A stretch of 63,032 nt of DNA, counting the filler, from Octopus bimaculoides (taxonomy: Eukaryota): the NCBI RefSeq assembly GCF_001194135.2. It is 6 parts of 6 records of this genome, joined end to end, with 100 filler letters (N's around TTAATTAATTAA, not from the genome) between each part and the next. Parts side by side here need not be neighbours in the genome. Positions count along the whole stretch, not along the records: positions 31,964 to 53,686 come from NC_068995.1; 5 more parts are not named here. One strand, given 5' to 3'. Shown one piece after another: positions 36,171-48,305 of this stretch (the first letter of the stretch is position 1; each line of letters begins with the position of its first letter). Made by a program: the position numbers and the translations under genes. The notes beneath the pieces were generated by a model. The model was not told the origin of the DNA and ran no database searches. It was given only the letters and a program-made list of their open reading frames with translations.

Positions 36171-37539
36171 ATGTATGTATGTATGTGTGTGTGTGTGTGT
36201 GTGTGTGTACAAAATTCTTCACATAGTAATATAATAATGCGAACCCGTACACACACATATATGCCATATGCACGCGCGCACACACAAGAACTCACAACAC
36301 AGACATACACAAATATATGTATATTGATATGTTAAAGACATGAACATTTGCATAAAAACAAATAAAACGCGAATACACAGTGGAATCCTCCTACCACCAC
36401 ACCGTCTGCACACACACAGACAGACAGGCAGACACACACACATGAACAGGTACGCATGCGCAAACAAGATCGGAGAAGACCGTGCATTGTGTTTTGGTGT
36501 GAAGTAAGTCAAGCGTAGCGGGTTAAGGGTTCCTCGATTGACTGGTCCCTATCATTAGATATTCATAACATTAGGATGAACATTGAAGGAAATATTCCAG
36601 CGCCGTCACCGCCGCCGCCGCCTCACCCACAGCCGTCACCACCACCACCACCACCACCACCANNNNNNNNNNNNNNNNNNNNNNNNNNNNNNNNNNNNNN
36701 NNNNNNNNNNNNNNNNNNNNNNNNNNNNNNNNNNNNNNNNNNNNNNNNNNNNNNNNNNNNNNNNNNNNNNNNNNNNNNNNNNNNNNNNNNNNNNNNNNNN
36801 NNNNNNNNNNNNNNNNNNNNNNNNNNNNNNNNNNNNNNNNNNNNNNNNNNNNNNNNNNNNNNNNNNNNNNNNNNNNNNNNNNNNNNNNNNNNNNNNNNNN
36901 NNNNNNNNNNNNNNNNNNNNNNNNNNNNNNNNNNNNNNNNNNNNNNNNNNNNNNNNNNNNNNNNNNNNNNNNNNNNNNNNNNNNNNNNNNNNNNNNNNNN
37001 NNNNNNNNNNNNNNNNNNNNNNNNNNNNNNNNNNNNNNNNNNNNNNNNNNNNNNNNNNNNNNNNNNNNNNNNNNNNNNNNNNNNNNNNNNNNNNNNNNNN
37101 NNNNNNNNNNNNNNNNNNNNNNNNNNNNNNNNNNNNNNNNNNNNNNNNNNNNNNNNNNNNNNNNNNNNNNNNNNNNNNNNNNNNNNNNNNNNNNNNNNNN
37201 NNNNNNNNNNNNNNNNNNNNNNNNNNNNNNNNNNNNNNNNNNNNNNNNNNNNNNNNNNNNNNNNNNNNNNNNNNNNNNNNNNNNNNNNNNNNNNNNNNNN
37301 NNNNNNNNNNNNNNNNNNNNNNNNNNNNNNNNNNNNNNNNNNNNNNNNNNNNNNNNNNNNNNNNNNNNNNNAACTTAGATAATTTCTTTTTTTGGTGGTG
37401 GCGAAGGTGGAGAGAAGCAGTGGTGGTGGTGGTGGGGCATTTGGTGATTGTGACTATCAAGACGTTCCTTCTGGCAATTACGAAGAGACGTGGCTTTAAA
37501 TAAGAATTGGAATCACAGCCTCTTGTCCTCCGTTTCTCT

Positions 37540-37940
37540 TTTACTCTTTTACTTGTTTCAGTCATTTGACTGCGGCCATGCTGGAGCACTGCCTTTAGTC
37601 GAGCAAATCGACCCCAGGACTTATTCTTTTGTAAGCCTAGTACTTATTCTATCGGTCTCTTTTGCCGAACCGCTAAGTTACGGGGGACGTACACACACCA
37701 GCAAACACAGACACACAAACACACACACCAGCAAACACAGACACACAAACACACACACACATATATATATATATACATATATACGACGGGCTTCTTTCAG
37801 TTTCCATCTACCAAATCCACTCACAAGGCTTTGGTCGGCCCGAGGCTATAGTAGTAGACACTTGCCCAAGGTGCCACGCAGTGGGACTGAACCCGGTACC
37901 AAGTGGTTGGTAAGCAAGCTACTTACCACACAGCCACTCC
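37540..37940 (-). mobile_element. SINE family B, full length with internal microsatellite
   Basis: Tail TTTTACTCTTTTACTTGTTTCAGTCATTTGACTGCGGCCATGC, internal CA/TA run containing an exact 30-bp tandem (37691-37750), head GGTAAGCAAGCTACTTACCACACAGCCAC. Confidence 0.92.
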
Positions 37941-37944
37941 AAAT

Positions 37945-38200
37945 AAATAAATGTGCCCTTTTAAAGCCTAGCCGGACTCATAGTCCCGGTTTCCCGGTTT
38001 CAATGGCGTATGTGTTCCCTAGCTGGACGGGACGCCAGTCCATCGCAGCGTTACTCATTTTTGCCAGCTGAGTGGACTGGAGCAACGTGAAATGAAGTGT
38101 TTTGCTCAAGAACACAACACGTTTCCCGTTCCAGGAATCGAAACCACAATCTTGCGATCACGGTGCTGACACCCCAACCGCTAAGCCACGCGCCTCCGCG
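37945..38200 (-). mobile_element. SINE family D variant
   Basis: CAGCTGAGTGGACTGGAGCAACGTGAAATGAAGTGTTTTGCTCAAGAACACAAC...GGAATCGAAACC...AAGCCACGCGCC. Confidence 0.85.
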
Positions 38201-39031
38201 TTTCTCTGTATACTCCAGCATTATCGCAGCAATGACATTGTTGCTTCTCACGTTATTATTATATTCGTTGTTTTGCTTCTTACAGTTCTNNNNNNNNNNN
38301 NNNNNNNNNNNNNNNNNNNNNNNNNNNNNNNNNNNNNNNNNNNNNNNNNNNNNNNNNNNNNNNNNNNNNNNNNNNNNNNNNNNNNNNNNNNNNNNNNNNN
38401 NNNNNNNNNNNNNNNNNNNNNNNNNNNNNNNNNNNNNNNNNNNNNNNNNNNNNNNNNNNNNNNNNNNNNNNNNNNNNNNNNNNNNNNNNNNNNNNNNNNN
38501 NNNNNNNNNNNNNNNNNNNNNNNNNNNNNNNNNNNNNNNNNNNNNNNNNNNNNNNNNNNNNNNNNNNNNNNNNNNNNNNNNNNNNNNNNNNNNNNNNNNN
38601 NNNNNNNNNNNNNNNNNNNNNNNNNNNNNNNNNNNNNNNNNNNNNNNNNNNNNNNNNNNNNNNNNNNNNNNNNNNNNNNNNNNNNNNNNNNNNNNNNNNN
38701 NNNNNNNNNNNNNNNNNNNNNNNNNNNNNNNNNNNNNNNNNNNNNNNNNNNNNNNNNNNNNNNNNNNNNNNNNNNNNNNNNNNNNNNNNNNNNNNNNNNN
38801 NNNNNNNNNNNNNNNNNNNNNNNNNNNNNNNNNNNNNNNNNNNNNNNNNNNNNNNNNNNNNNNNNNNNNNNNNNNNNNNNNNNNNNNNNNNNNNNNNNNN
38901 NNNNNNNNNNNNNNNNNNNNNNNNNNNNNNNNNNNNNNNNNNNNNNNNNNNNNNNNNNNNNNNNNNNNNNNNNNNNNNNNNNNNNNNNNNNNNNNNNNNN
39001 NNNNNNNNNNNNNNNNNNNNNNNNNNNNNNN

Positions 39032-39605
39032 GCTTAGTAGCGTTTCGTCTGTCTTTACATTCTAAGTTCAAATGCCGCTGGGGCTGACCTTGACCCTACC
39101 TTTCGTCCTTTCGGATTGGATAAAATAAGTACCAGTTGATTACTGAGATCGATGTAATCGACTTATCCCCTGCCCTGAAATTGCTGGCCTTGTGCCAAAA
39201 TTTGAAACCAGTATTATTTCATGTGAAGGCAATGAGCTGGCGGAACAGTTAACAAGCCGGGGAAAAATGCTTGGCAGCATTTCTGAGTTCGAATGCCGCC
39301 GAGGTCGACTTTGCCTTTCATCTTTCTGGAGTTGATAAATTAAGTACCAGTGAAACACTTGGGTCGATGTAATCGACTATCCCCCTCCCCAAAATATCAG
39401 GCCTTGTGAATAGTTAGCATGCCGGGAAAAATGCTTAGCAGCATTTCGTTGGCTTTACGTTCTGAGTTCGAATGCCACCGAGGCCGATTTTAATTTTCAT
39501 CTTTCAGGGTCGATGAAATAATTACCAGTTGAGCACTGGGGTCGATGTAACCGACTTACACCTTTCCCGAAATTGCTGGCCTTGTGCCAAAATTTGAAAT
39601 CATTA
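39032..39605 (+). mobile_element. Three head-to-tail family A SINEs
   Basis: Units at ~39032-39210, ~39232-39410 and ~39411-39605, each with the GAGTTC.AATGCC.C.GAGG.CGAC..TACCAG..GGGTCGATGTAA core. Confidence 0.88.
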
Positions 39606-40253
39606 TTAGTATTATTATTGTTGTTGTGCGTATAAATTGTAGTTGCAGTCTTTGTTCTCTTATATTGTCTATTATTGCATCTTATTTTATCAATGCGCAG
39701 GAGTGGCTGTGTGGTATAGGCGCAGAAGTGGCTGTGTAGTATAGGCGCAGGAGTAACTGTGTGGTAAGTAGCTTGCTTACAAGCCACATGGTTCTGGGTT
39801 CAGTCCNNNNNNNNNNTGGCCACAGTCAAATGACTGAAACAAGTAAAAGAGTAAAAGAGTAAATTCCAGCGAATTCATTGTTCAAAATTGTTCAAAATTC
39901 GAATTCATTGTTCAAAATTTTCTCATTCAAATTGTGATTCCGTTGGTATATTTCTTCAACATTCACCATTCAGCAATTCCATTGTGTTCTTCATTCTACA
40001 CTTCACCGACATAATTAAACATATCCCATTTTACAAAACCCCTAAAGTTTATATTAGTTGCGGCCTCAATAGATTAGGTTTCAGCATTTCCTTAAAATAC
40101 ACCAATTTGAAAGTGGGTGGAATTTTTCCAAGGCGGAAACCTTCGGCGTTTTGGCAGATTCTCTACGTACCAACTCTGGAGATTCCTGTTGTGTGTTGTT
40201 TGTTCATTGCACCGCTTCTTATGTATTCACTTAAATGTTTAACTATGTACGTG

Positions 40254-40284
<31 letters not shown>

Positions 40285-40664
40285 CATGTTTGTATGTACG
40301 TGCGTTTGGGTGTATACATATATATTTGTAGATATATGTACATATAAACATATATTTGTATATATATATATGCGTGCGTGTGTATGTATGTGTTTGTAGG
40401 TATGTACGCATGTGTATATATGTATATATACATATATATGCATGTACGTATGCGTGTCATTACGTTTGTGAACAGTGTATATATATATATGTTAGTATGT
40501 GCATGCAATCATATATACATACATCGATTCACCTCTGTATATACAGCTGCAGTGTATATTTGTAAATCTGACAGATGTTTAGATCATACGATATGTGTAC
40601 GTTATGTATGCATATATTTCCATGTATGTATATATGTATGTGTATGCATGTATGNNNNNNNNNN

Positions 40665-40719
<55 letters not shown>

Positions 40720-40870
40720 GGGAGACAGATAGATAGATTTATATATAAACACATATACTCCTATATGCAAACACATGCATTATATACATAAATGTACATA
40801 AGCGTATCTATACATGTATATAATTATATATACATGAAGGTATATAAACACACGCACACACACATATGTG

Positions 40871-40929
<59 letters not shown>

Positions 40930-41384
40930 ATGAATACATACAAATACAATGTAACGTATATTTGTATATAAATACATATAAATTTCATATGACTATACGA
41001 ATCTATTTAATCACACTTATAGATGCGAAAATATTCATGGAAGTATATATATTTTGTTGTTTTCTGCCTCCACCACCACCACCACCACCACCACCACTTT
41101 CACCGCTGTCACCTCCACCGTCACCACGACTGCCACCATTAACACCACCATTCTTAGCGTCATTGTTTATGCCAACGAAGGCCTAGTTCCGTGCCTGTAT
41201 GTTTGTGTGTGTGTCTGTATGTATTTGTGTGTTTATGAAGGTATTTTCGTTGTGTCAAGCCTAGCCATTAGTGAAGATGTTTAGACATGTCAGCGGAGAG
41301 GATGTAAATGTTTGAAGGAAAGAATTAGAGAATTAAAGAGAAGAATCAGAGGAAGTTGGAAAAGAAAAAGTATTTTTCTGCTTA

Positions 41385-41785
41385 TCTTTTATCCTTTACT
41401 TCTTTCAGTTATTAGACTGCGGTCATACTGGGGCATTGCCTTGAAGAATTTTCGTTGGATGAATCGACCCACAGGACTCATATTTTGTTAATATTACACT
41501 TATTCTATCGATCTCTTTTGCCGACCCGCTAGTTTTACGGGGAAGTCAACACACGAACATCGGTTGTCAAGAGGTGGTGTCACATACACACACACGCACA
41601 CGCGCACATGCACGCACACACACACACACATACACATTCTTCTTTCAATCTCCGACTACCAGATCCACTCACTTTGGCTTTGGTCATCCCGAGGCTGTAG
41701 TAGAAAAAACTTGCCCAAGATACCACGCAGTAGGGATGAACCCGGAACCATGTGGTTGGGAAGCAAGCTTCATACCACACAGCCA
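41385..41785 (-). mobile_element. SINE family B, full length with internal (CA)n
   Basis: Same tail, microsatellite and head architecture as 37540-37940. Confidence 0.88.
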
Positions 41786-41817
41786 TACTTGCGCCTATGT
41801 TTGAGTTCATATATATT

Positions 41818-41871
<54 letters not shown>

Positions 41872-43628
41872 CAAATATATATGTATATGTGTGTGTATAT
41901 ATATATATATACAAACATATATATATATGTATATGAGTATACATATACATACATACATCTCATCCCACCACNNNNNNNNNNNNNNNNNNNNNNNNNNNNN
42001 NNNNNNNNNNNNNNNNNNNNNNNNNNNNNNNNNNNNNNNNNNNNNNNNNNNNNNNNNNNNNNNNNNNNNNNNNNNNNNNNNNNNNNNNNNNNNNNNNNNN
42101 NNNNNNNNNNNNNNNNNNNNNNNNNNNNNNNNNNNNNNNNNNNNNNNNNNNNNNNNNNNNNNNNNNNNNNNNNNNNNNNNNNNNNNNNNNNNNNNNNNNN
42201 NNNNNNNNNNNNNNNNNNNNNNNNNNNNNNNNNNNNNNNNNNNNNNNNNNNNNNNNNNNNNNNNNNNNNNNNNNNNNNNNNNNNNNNNNNNNNNNNNNNN
42301 NNNNNNNNNNNNNNNNNNNNNNNNNNNNNNNNNNNNNNNNNNNNNNNNNNNNNNNNNNNNNNNNNNNNNNNNNNNNNNNNNNNNNNNNNNNNNNNNNNNN
42401 NNNNNNNNNNNNNNNNNNNNNNNNNNNNNNNNNNNNNNNNNNNNNNNNNNNNNNNNNNNNNNNNNNNNNNNNNNNNNNNNNNNNNNNNNNNNNNNNNNNN
42501 NNNNNNNNNNNNNNNNNNNNNNNNNNNNNNNNNNNNNNNNNNNNNNNNNNNNNNNNNNNNNNNGAGAGAGAGAGAGAGAGAGAGAGAGAGGTGAGAGTGA
42601 TATAAACAGAGACTAAAGAAAGAAAAGAGCCGAACAGTAAAACTAATGAACCAAAATTCCTCACGTAAGTAGAAATCTTCAGAATTTAAATTAATCTTTT
42701 TATTTATATGATAAATAAAAGTCAGGTCGGTATGGAATGGTACCAAGATATTTCGTAGGGCCTCCTACAATGTTGAGGCTGCTGCGAATACCAAACCTGT
42801 ATGAATATCTGGAAATGAAAGAAATGCAATGCTAAAAAGCCAAGCACAGGTATGGAATCTTCTAGCTGTTCCCAGTGCTTACAGCAGAGTGAAATTTGGT
42901 CTGGAAACATGAACGTGTGACGCCGACTTTAATTTTGAAAATTGGTGACATGGGATGATTTTATTTGTGACGTCAGTGGTGAAATTTGCCAGAGCACTCT
43001 AAGTTCTTACAGAAACTTTGAAAAATAAAAAGGAAAATAGAACGAAAATGGTTAAAGAAAAGAAATGAAGTGAAAAAATATTAAAGAGAGAATTCTTATT
43101 GGCGGGTCTTTGGATTTATGATGTTGTAGTTGTAGTGGTGGACTTGGTGGGGGATGTTGGCAACGATGGTTGATGATGGGGGACACAAGCTTATGCGGCG
43201 TTCATGCATTTTCTTTCAAATGAATTGAAGTAATTGATATTAGGATTGAAACTGGATTGAAGACAACAGGAAATGGAATATTTCTGAGACTCCAAGCAAA
43301 TTTCATCGTTAATGTAAGAAAGTAATTTTTTTAAGGGTAATTGGGGTGGCTGAACCAGTAGAGTCGTGACATTTGATTATTATTCTTTACGTTTTAAGTT
43401 CAAGTACTTGCTGAGTCGAATATGACTTTCACTCGTCGAGAAGATGCTCAATAAAATGATTAAGTACCTGTCATATACGGTGGGATCAATTATTCAACCG
43501 ACCGATATCTTTTACTCTGTAACTCCGTGGCCTTTATACCAATTTTTAAAAGAAAATCTACAGTATTTTTTATCTTCTTAAGTGAAAACAACAGCAGAAG
43601 CCACAATAACAATAACACCACCACCACC

Positions 43629-43660
<32 letters not shown>

Positions 43661-44335
43661 CAGCAACAATAAAGAAAAAACATACAAAACAGAACAGCGT
43701 CAGGATTGTTGCATAGAATAAGAAAATATTTCGCTCAAAATATATAATCTGTTTAGAAATTGCTTTTTTCCCTCTCTTAATATGTTAATGCTATGTCAGA
43801 TTCACAAATCTATCCCCCAAAATATATCAACTTTATCCCAAACAATACAATATTTTTAAAAAAAAATCTTATGGTAACTACTTAATTTTCCTTTTCCATT
43901 TTACCTTTAACCCACAAAATGAAAAAAAAAACAACAAACAAATAAACATATGTTTAATAAGTTCAATAAAACACTTGTTGTAGTCTCAACAATTTGACAT
44001 ACATTACACAAAAAGGTTAATATTAAAGGTCAATATGGCATTTAGCATAGTTATTTTTTTTTTCTTAAGAAGCGAATCTACGGCGGCACGAGCCATATTT
44101 ATTCATTTCTTTGCTTATTTGTTTATTTATTTCTATGTCAGGCGTTTTTTTTTAGAACAACAGAATCGTTCGTTATAGTTTTCTGATGAACCAACCTCTG
44201 CTTCACTTAATTTACGATGCCCAGAGTAACGAAGGTATATATGCTCATGACGGAGCGGATCAATTACCAAAAGGGACATCAGTACCATTTCGATTGTCCT
44301 AACGAAGAACCTCAAGTAATTAATATTGACAAAAG

Positions 44336-44480
44336 TGGAGGCGCAATGGCCCCGTGGTTAGGGCAGCGGACTCGCGGTCGGAGGATCGCGGTTTCGATTC
44401 CCAGACCGGCCGTTGTGAGTGTTTATTGAGCGAAAACACCTAAGCTCCACGAGGCTCCGGCAGGGGGTGGTGGCGACCAA
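44336..44480 (+). mobile_element. Family D-type tRNA head (A and B boxes), interrupted by a family A copy
   Basis: GGAGGCGCAATGGCCCCGTGGTTAGGGCAGCGGACTCGCGGTCGGAGGATCGCGGTTTCGATTCCC; homologous to 16887-17017. Confidence 0.85.
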
Positions 44481-44500
44481 TGTCGTACTCTTTCGAAGGC

Positions 44501-44720
44501 GGCGAGCTGGCAGAATCGTTAGCGTGCCAGGCGAAATGCTTAGCGGTATTTCGTCTGCCGTTACGTTCTGAGTTCAAACTCCACCGAGGTCGACTTTGCC
44601 TTTCATCCTCTCGAGGTCGATTAAATAAGTACCAGTTACGCACTGGGGTCGGTGTAATCGACTTAAACCCTTTCTTTGGCCCCTCTATATTTAGCCCCCT
44701 GTGAGCAATAAAGAATTAAA
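44501..44720 (+). mobile_element. SINE family A, well preserved
   Basis: GGCGAGCTGGCAGAATCGTTAGCGTGCC...GTTCTGAGTTCAAACTCC...GCACTGGGGTCGGTGTAATCGAC; CpGs intact. Confidence 0.93.
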
Positions 44721-44723
44721 TAT

Positions 44724-44856
44724 TGACAATATTCGTAGCCACTTTAACATGGCTGTTCGTTCGAGCGGACTCTACAGTGATTTTTTAACCCCAAATCGCA
44801 GTAGAGTCCGCTCGAACAGACAGCCATGTTGAAGTGGCTACGAATATTACTTGTCA
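44724..44856. repeat. Near-perfect ~130-bp hairpin (inverted repeat)
   Basis: AATATTCGTAGCCACTTTAACATGGCTGTTCGTTCGAGCGGACTCTAC...GTAGAGTCCGCTCGAACAGACAGCCATGTTGAAGTGGCTACGAATATT. Confidence 0.93.
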
Positions 44857-44924
44857 GTACAACTACTGCGCTGATATCTTAGACAGATTTTAGAACTAGC
44901 ATCTTTGCTAGTTAGTGTTGGTTT

Positions 44925-45270
44925 CAAATTTTAGCACAAGGCCAGCAATTTCGGGGAGGAGCAAGCCGATTAAATCGACCCAAGTATTTAACTGGTACTT
45001 ATTTTATCGATTTCGAAAGGATGAAAAGCAAAGTCGACCTCAGCGGAATTTAAACTCAGAACGAAAGACAGACGAAACGCCGCTAAGCATTTTGTCCGGG
45101 GGGGCTAACTGTTCCGCCATCTCGCTGCCTTCACATGAAATAGTTTCACTGGTACTTAATTTATCGACCCCGAAAGAATGAAAGGCAAAGTTGGCCACGG
45201 TGGAATTTGAACCCAGGGCATAAAAACTGATGAAATGCTGCTAAGGATTTTGCCCGGCGCCCTAGCCGTC

Positions 45271-45314
<44 letters not shown>

Positions 45315-45507
45315 CCTTTCTACTATAAGCACAAAGCCTTAAATTTGATGGGAGGGGACTAGAGTCGTTGTAATGGACTCTAGTCCGTAACTGGTACTTA
45401 ATTTACCGATCCCGAAAGGATGAAAGGCAAAGTCGACCTCGGCGGAATTTGAACTCAAAGTATAAAGACGGAAGAGATACCGCTAAGCATTTCGCCCGGC
45501 GTGCTAA
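44925..45507 (-). mobile_element. Three family A SINEs on the minus strand separated by (AAT)n
   Basis: Units at ~44925-45128, ~45140-45270 and ~45312-45507. Confidence 0.88.
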
Positions 45508-45757
45508 TAATAATAATAATAATAATAATAATGATGATGATAATAATGGTAATAATTTACGTTGAGCAATAATCATGCTGCATATAGGTACGTCTTTGAT
45601 GAAGAAACCAGCGGGATATAGCATGTTTGCTGAGGTAAAGCATCATGGCGTATTTTAAACGTGAAATAAACTTTCTGAGAAATGTTGTGGTTAATTAAGA
45701 GATCTAGGAAACAATGGTGGAAATATTAGTCGCTCCCTTACTTTTCGTCTTACCTCG

Positions 45758-45944
45758 CTTCTTCTTCTTCTTCTTCTTCTTCTTCTTCTTCTTCTTCTTC
45801 TTCTTCTTCTTCTTCTTCTTCTTCTTCTCCTCCTCCTCTTCTTCTTCTTCTTCTTCTTCTTCTCCTCCTTCTTCTTTCTTTTTCTTCTTCTTCTTCTTCT
45901 TCTTTCTTTTTCTTCTTCGTCTTCTTCTTCTCCTTCCTCTTTCT

Positions 45945-45975
<31 letters not shown>

Positions 45976-46128
45976 CTTCTTCTTCTTCTTCTTCTTCTTC
46001 TTCTTCTTTCTTTTTCTTCTTCTTCTTTCTTCTTCTTTTTCTTCTTCTTTTCATCATCACCACCACCACCACCACCACTCCCACCGGCGTCGTCGTAGTC
46101 GTCGTCGTCGTCATCACTGCCACCACCA
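45758..46128. repeat. (CTT)n followed by CAT/CAC/CGT trinucleotide runs
   Basis: Read directly; source of the poly-F/E/K pseudo-ORFs. Confidence 0.97.
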
Positions 46129-46290
46129 TCTTTATAACTGCCGTCAGAATTAAGGTGATGATCAATATTAAACATCTTCGTCGACGCCATCAACCTCATT
46201 ATCATAATTATCAAATATTAGTAGTTCCTTATAACAACAACAACAACAATAATAATCGCAACAACAATGATAATGATGATGACGAGGATC

Positions 46291-46326
<36 letters not shown>

Positions 46327-46691
46327 TGTAGTAGCTGTAGTAGTTTTCAATGTTGTGTAATTCCAAACATTGATTACATATTGTAGAGTCGCATTCATCA
46401 CGATATTAATGGTAGTAATTAGAACTGCTGGAATCGGGGGTTAGTGTGTGTGCATGCGTATGTATGTTTGCGTGTATATATATATATTGTGTGTGTGTGT
46501 GTGTGTGTGCGTGTGTATATAATGTGTGTGTATGTATGTGTGTGTGTATGTATGTGTGTGTGTGTGTGTGTGCAAAATATTGTTTGTTGTAAAAGATTTT
46601 CGAGAATAATTAACCTTCATTACTCGGGCTGCATTAAGGATATTATTCTCGGCTGTCGATACTAATATATATATATATATGGGTGTGTGTG

Positions 46692-46745
<54 letters not shown>

Positions 46746-46922
46746 ACAAATTATACACATATATCTAAAAAAGATGTGCATGTATATTTATATAAATATA
46801 TATTATTTTATGTATACATAAATGCATTAAAAGACGTGTGTATATATATATGTTTACACACACACACATATATACATACACATATATATACACATATGCA
46901 TACATATATATATATATATGTT

Positions 46923-46961
<39 letters not shown>

Positions 46962-47144
46962 GTATGTAAATATATTAATGTATTTGCAAAGAAATAGTTG
47001 ATAGTGAAATCTAAGTTTCCCCCACTGTAGAATCAGCAGGGTGACGATGTATTCATGGACGAAACTTCGCAGTCCCAATCATCCATTTATTGTAAAAATT
47101 ATTTAGCTAACCGTGCATGTGTGTGTGCTCGCGCGCACGCGTAC

Positions 47145-47176
<32 letters not shown>

Positions 47177-47274
47177 ACAAAAAGATAGGTAGATACATAG
47201 AGAAATAAATAGATACACATGTATGGAGGTGTATATGAATGTTTCGTTCTATCTATCGCTTTGTCTCATTATGA

Positions 47275-47305
<31 letters not shown>

Positions 47306-47659
47306 ACACACACACACACACACTTTCTTCACCCACACACGTACATGCACATATAAACATGCATATAAGCTTATGAAGACAAACAATTTGCAAAAGAAGT
47401 TTATAAATCCAGCATCGTTGTATATATGCCTGTGAATATATATACATATATACATACAAACACACACATACTCTGGCGCGCGCTCGTACAAACAGTCACA
47501 GACAAAGACTCACGAGCACACACACGCATATATATATAAGTATTAATCGTATATGTATGTATATATATATTACTACGTGCGTATATATATATTCATCTCT
47601 AATATATGCATTATATATATTTATATCTGTCTATCTGCTTATCTATTTACATGTACGTA

Positions 47660-47779
<120 letters not shown>

Positions 47780-48305
47780 CGCAAGCATGCAGGCATGTAT
47801 AGATATACATTAATTACTTAATTAAATACATTAATATATTAGAATGTGTGTATACTGTTAACAAAGAATATGATGTGAAGGAATGAACTAATTCTACCAT
47901 GGAAATTATTTGATGTATAGTACCAACTGGTATTCGATCATACATACATATACATACATACACCCACCCATCCAGCCACACATACACACATACACGCACG
48001 CACACACGCGCACAGACACACGTGTATACTCTAATCTCATATAGTGAGAACGAGAGTTCAACACCGCATTGGTAGATAAATATTTTTATTTGCTGGTTAA
48101 CAAATCTAATCAGTGGTTTCGTGTAAAGAGAAATGTCTTTTTCTCCATGGTTTGTCTCGATTTTGTGTTTCTGTTTAGTGCTCATCCCACTTCCTTAAAT
48201 ACCGGATGAGCACCAAACACGAACATAGAATGAAAACAAACCATGGAAAAAAAGGGATTTCTCTTCGTATGAAACCATTATACACGTTATTAGATTAATA
48301 CCAAC

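Noticed and set aside
44336-44410. tRNA-like sequence with A and B boxes (also at 4750-4821 and 16950-17017)
   Set aside because: No complete cloverleaf or acceptor stem, and it continues into SINE body sequence; these are SINE heads, not tRNA genes.
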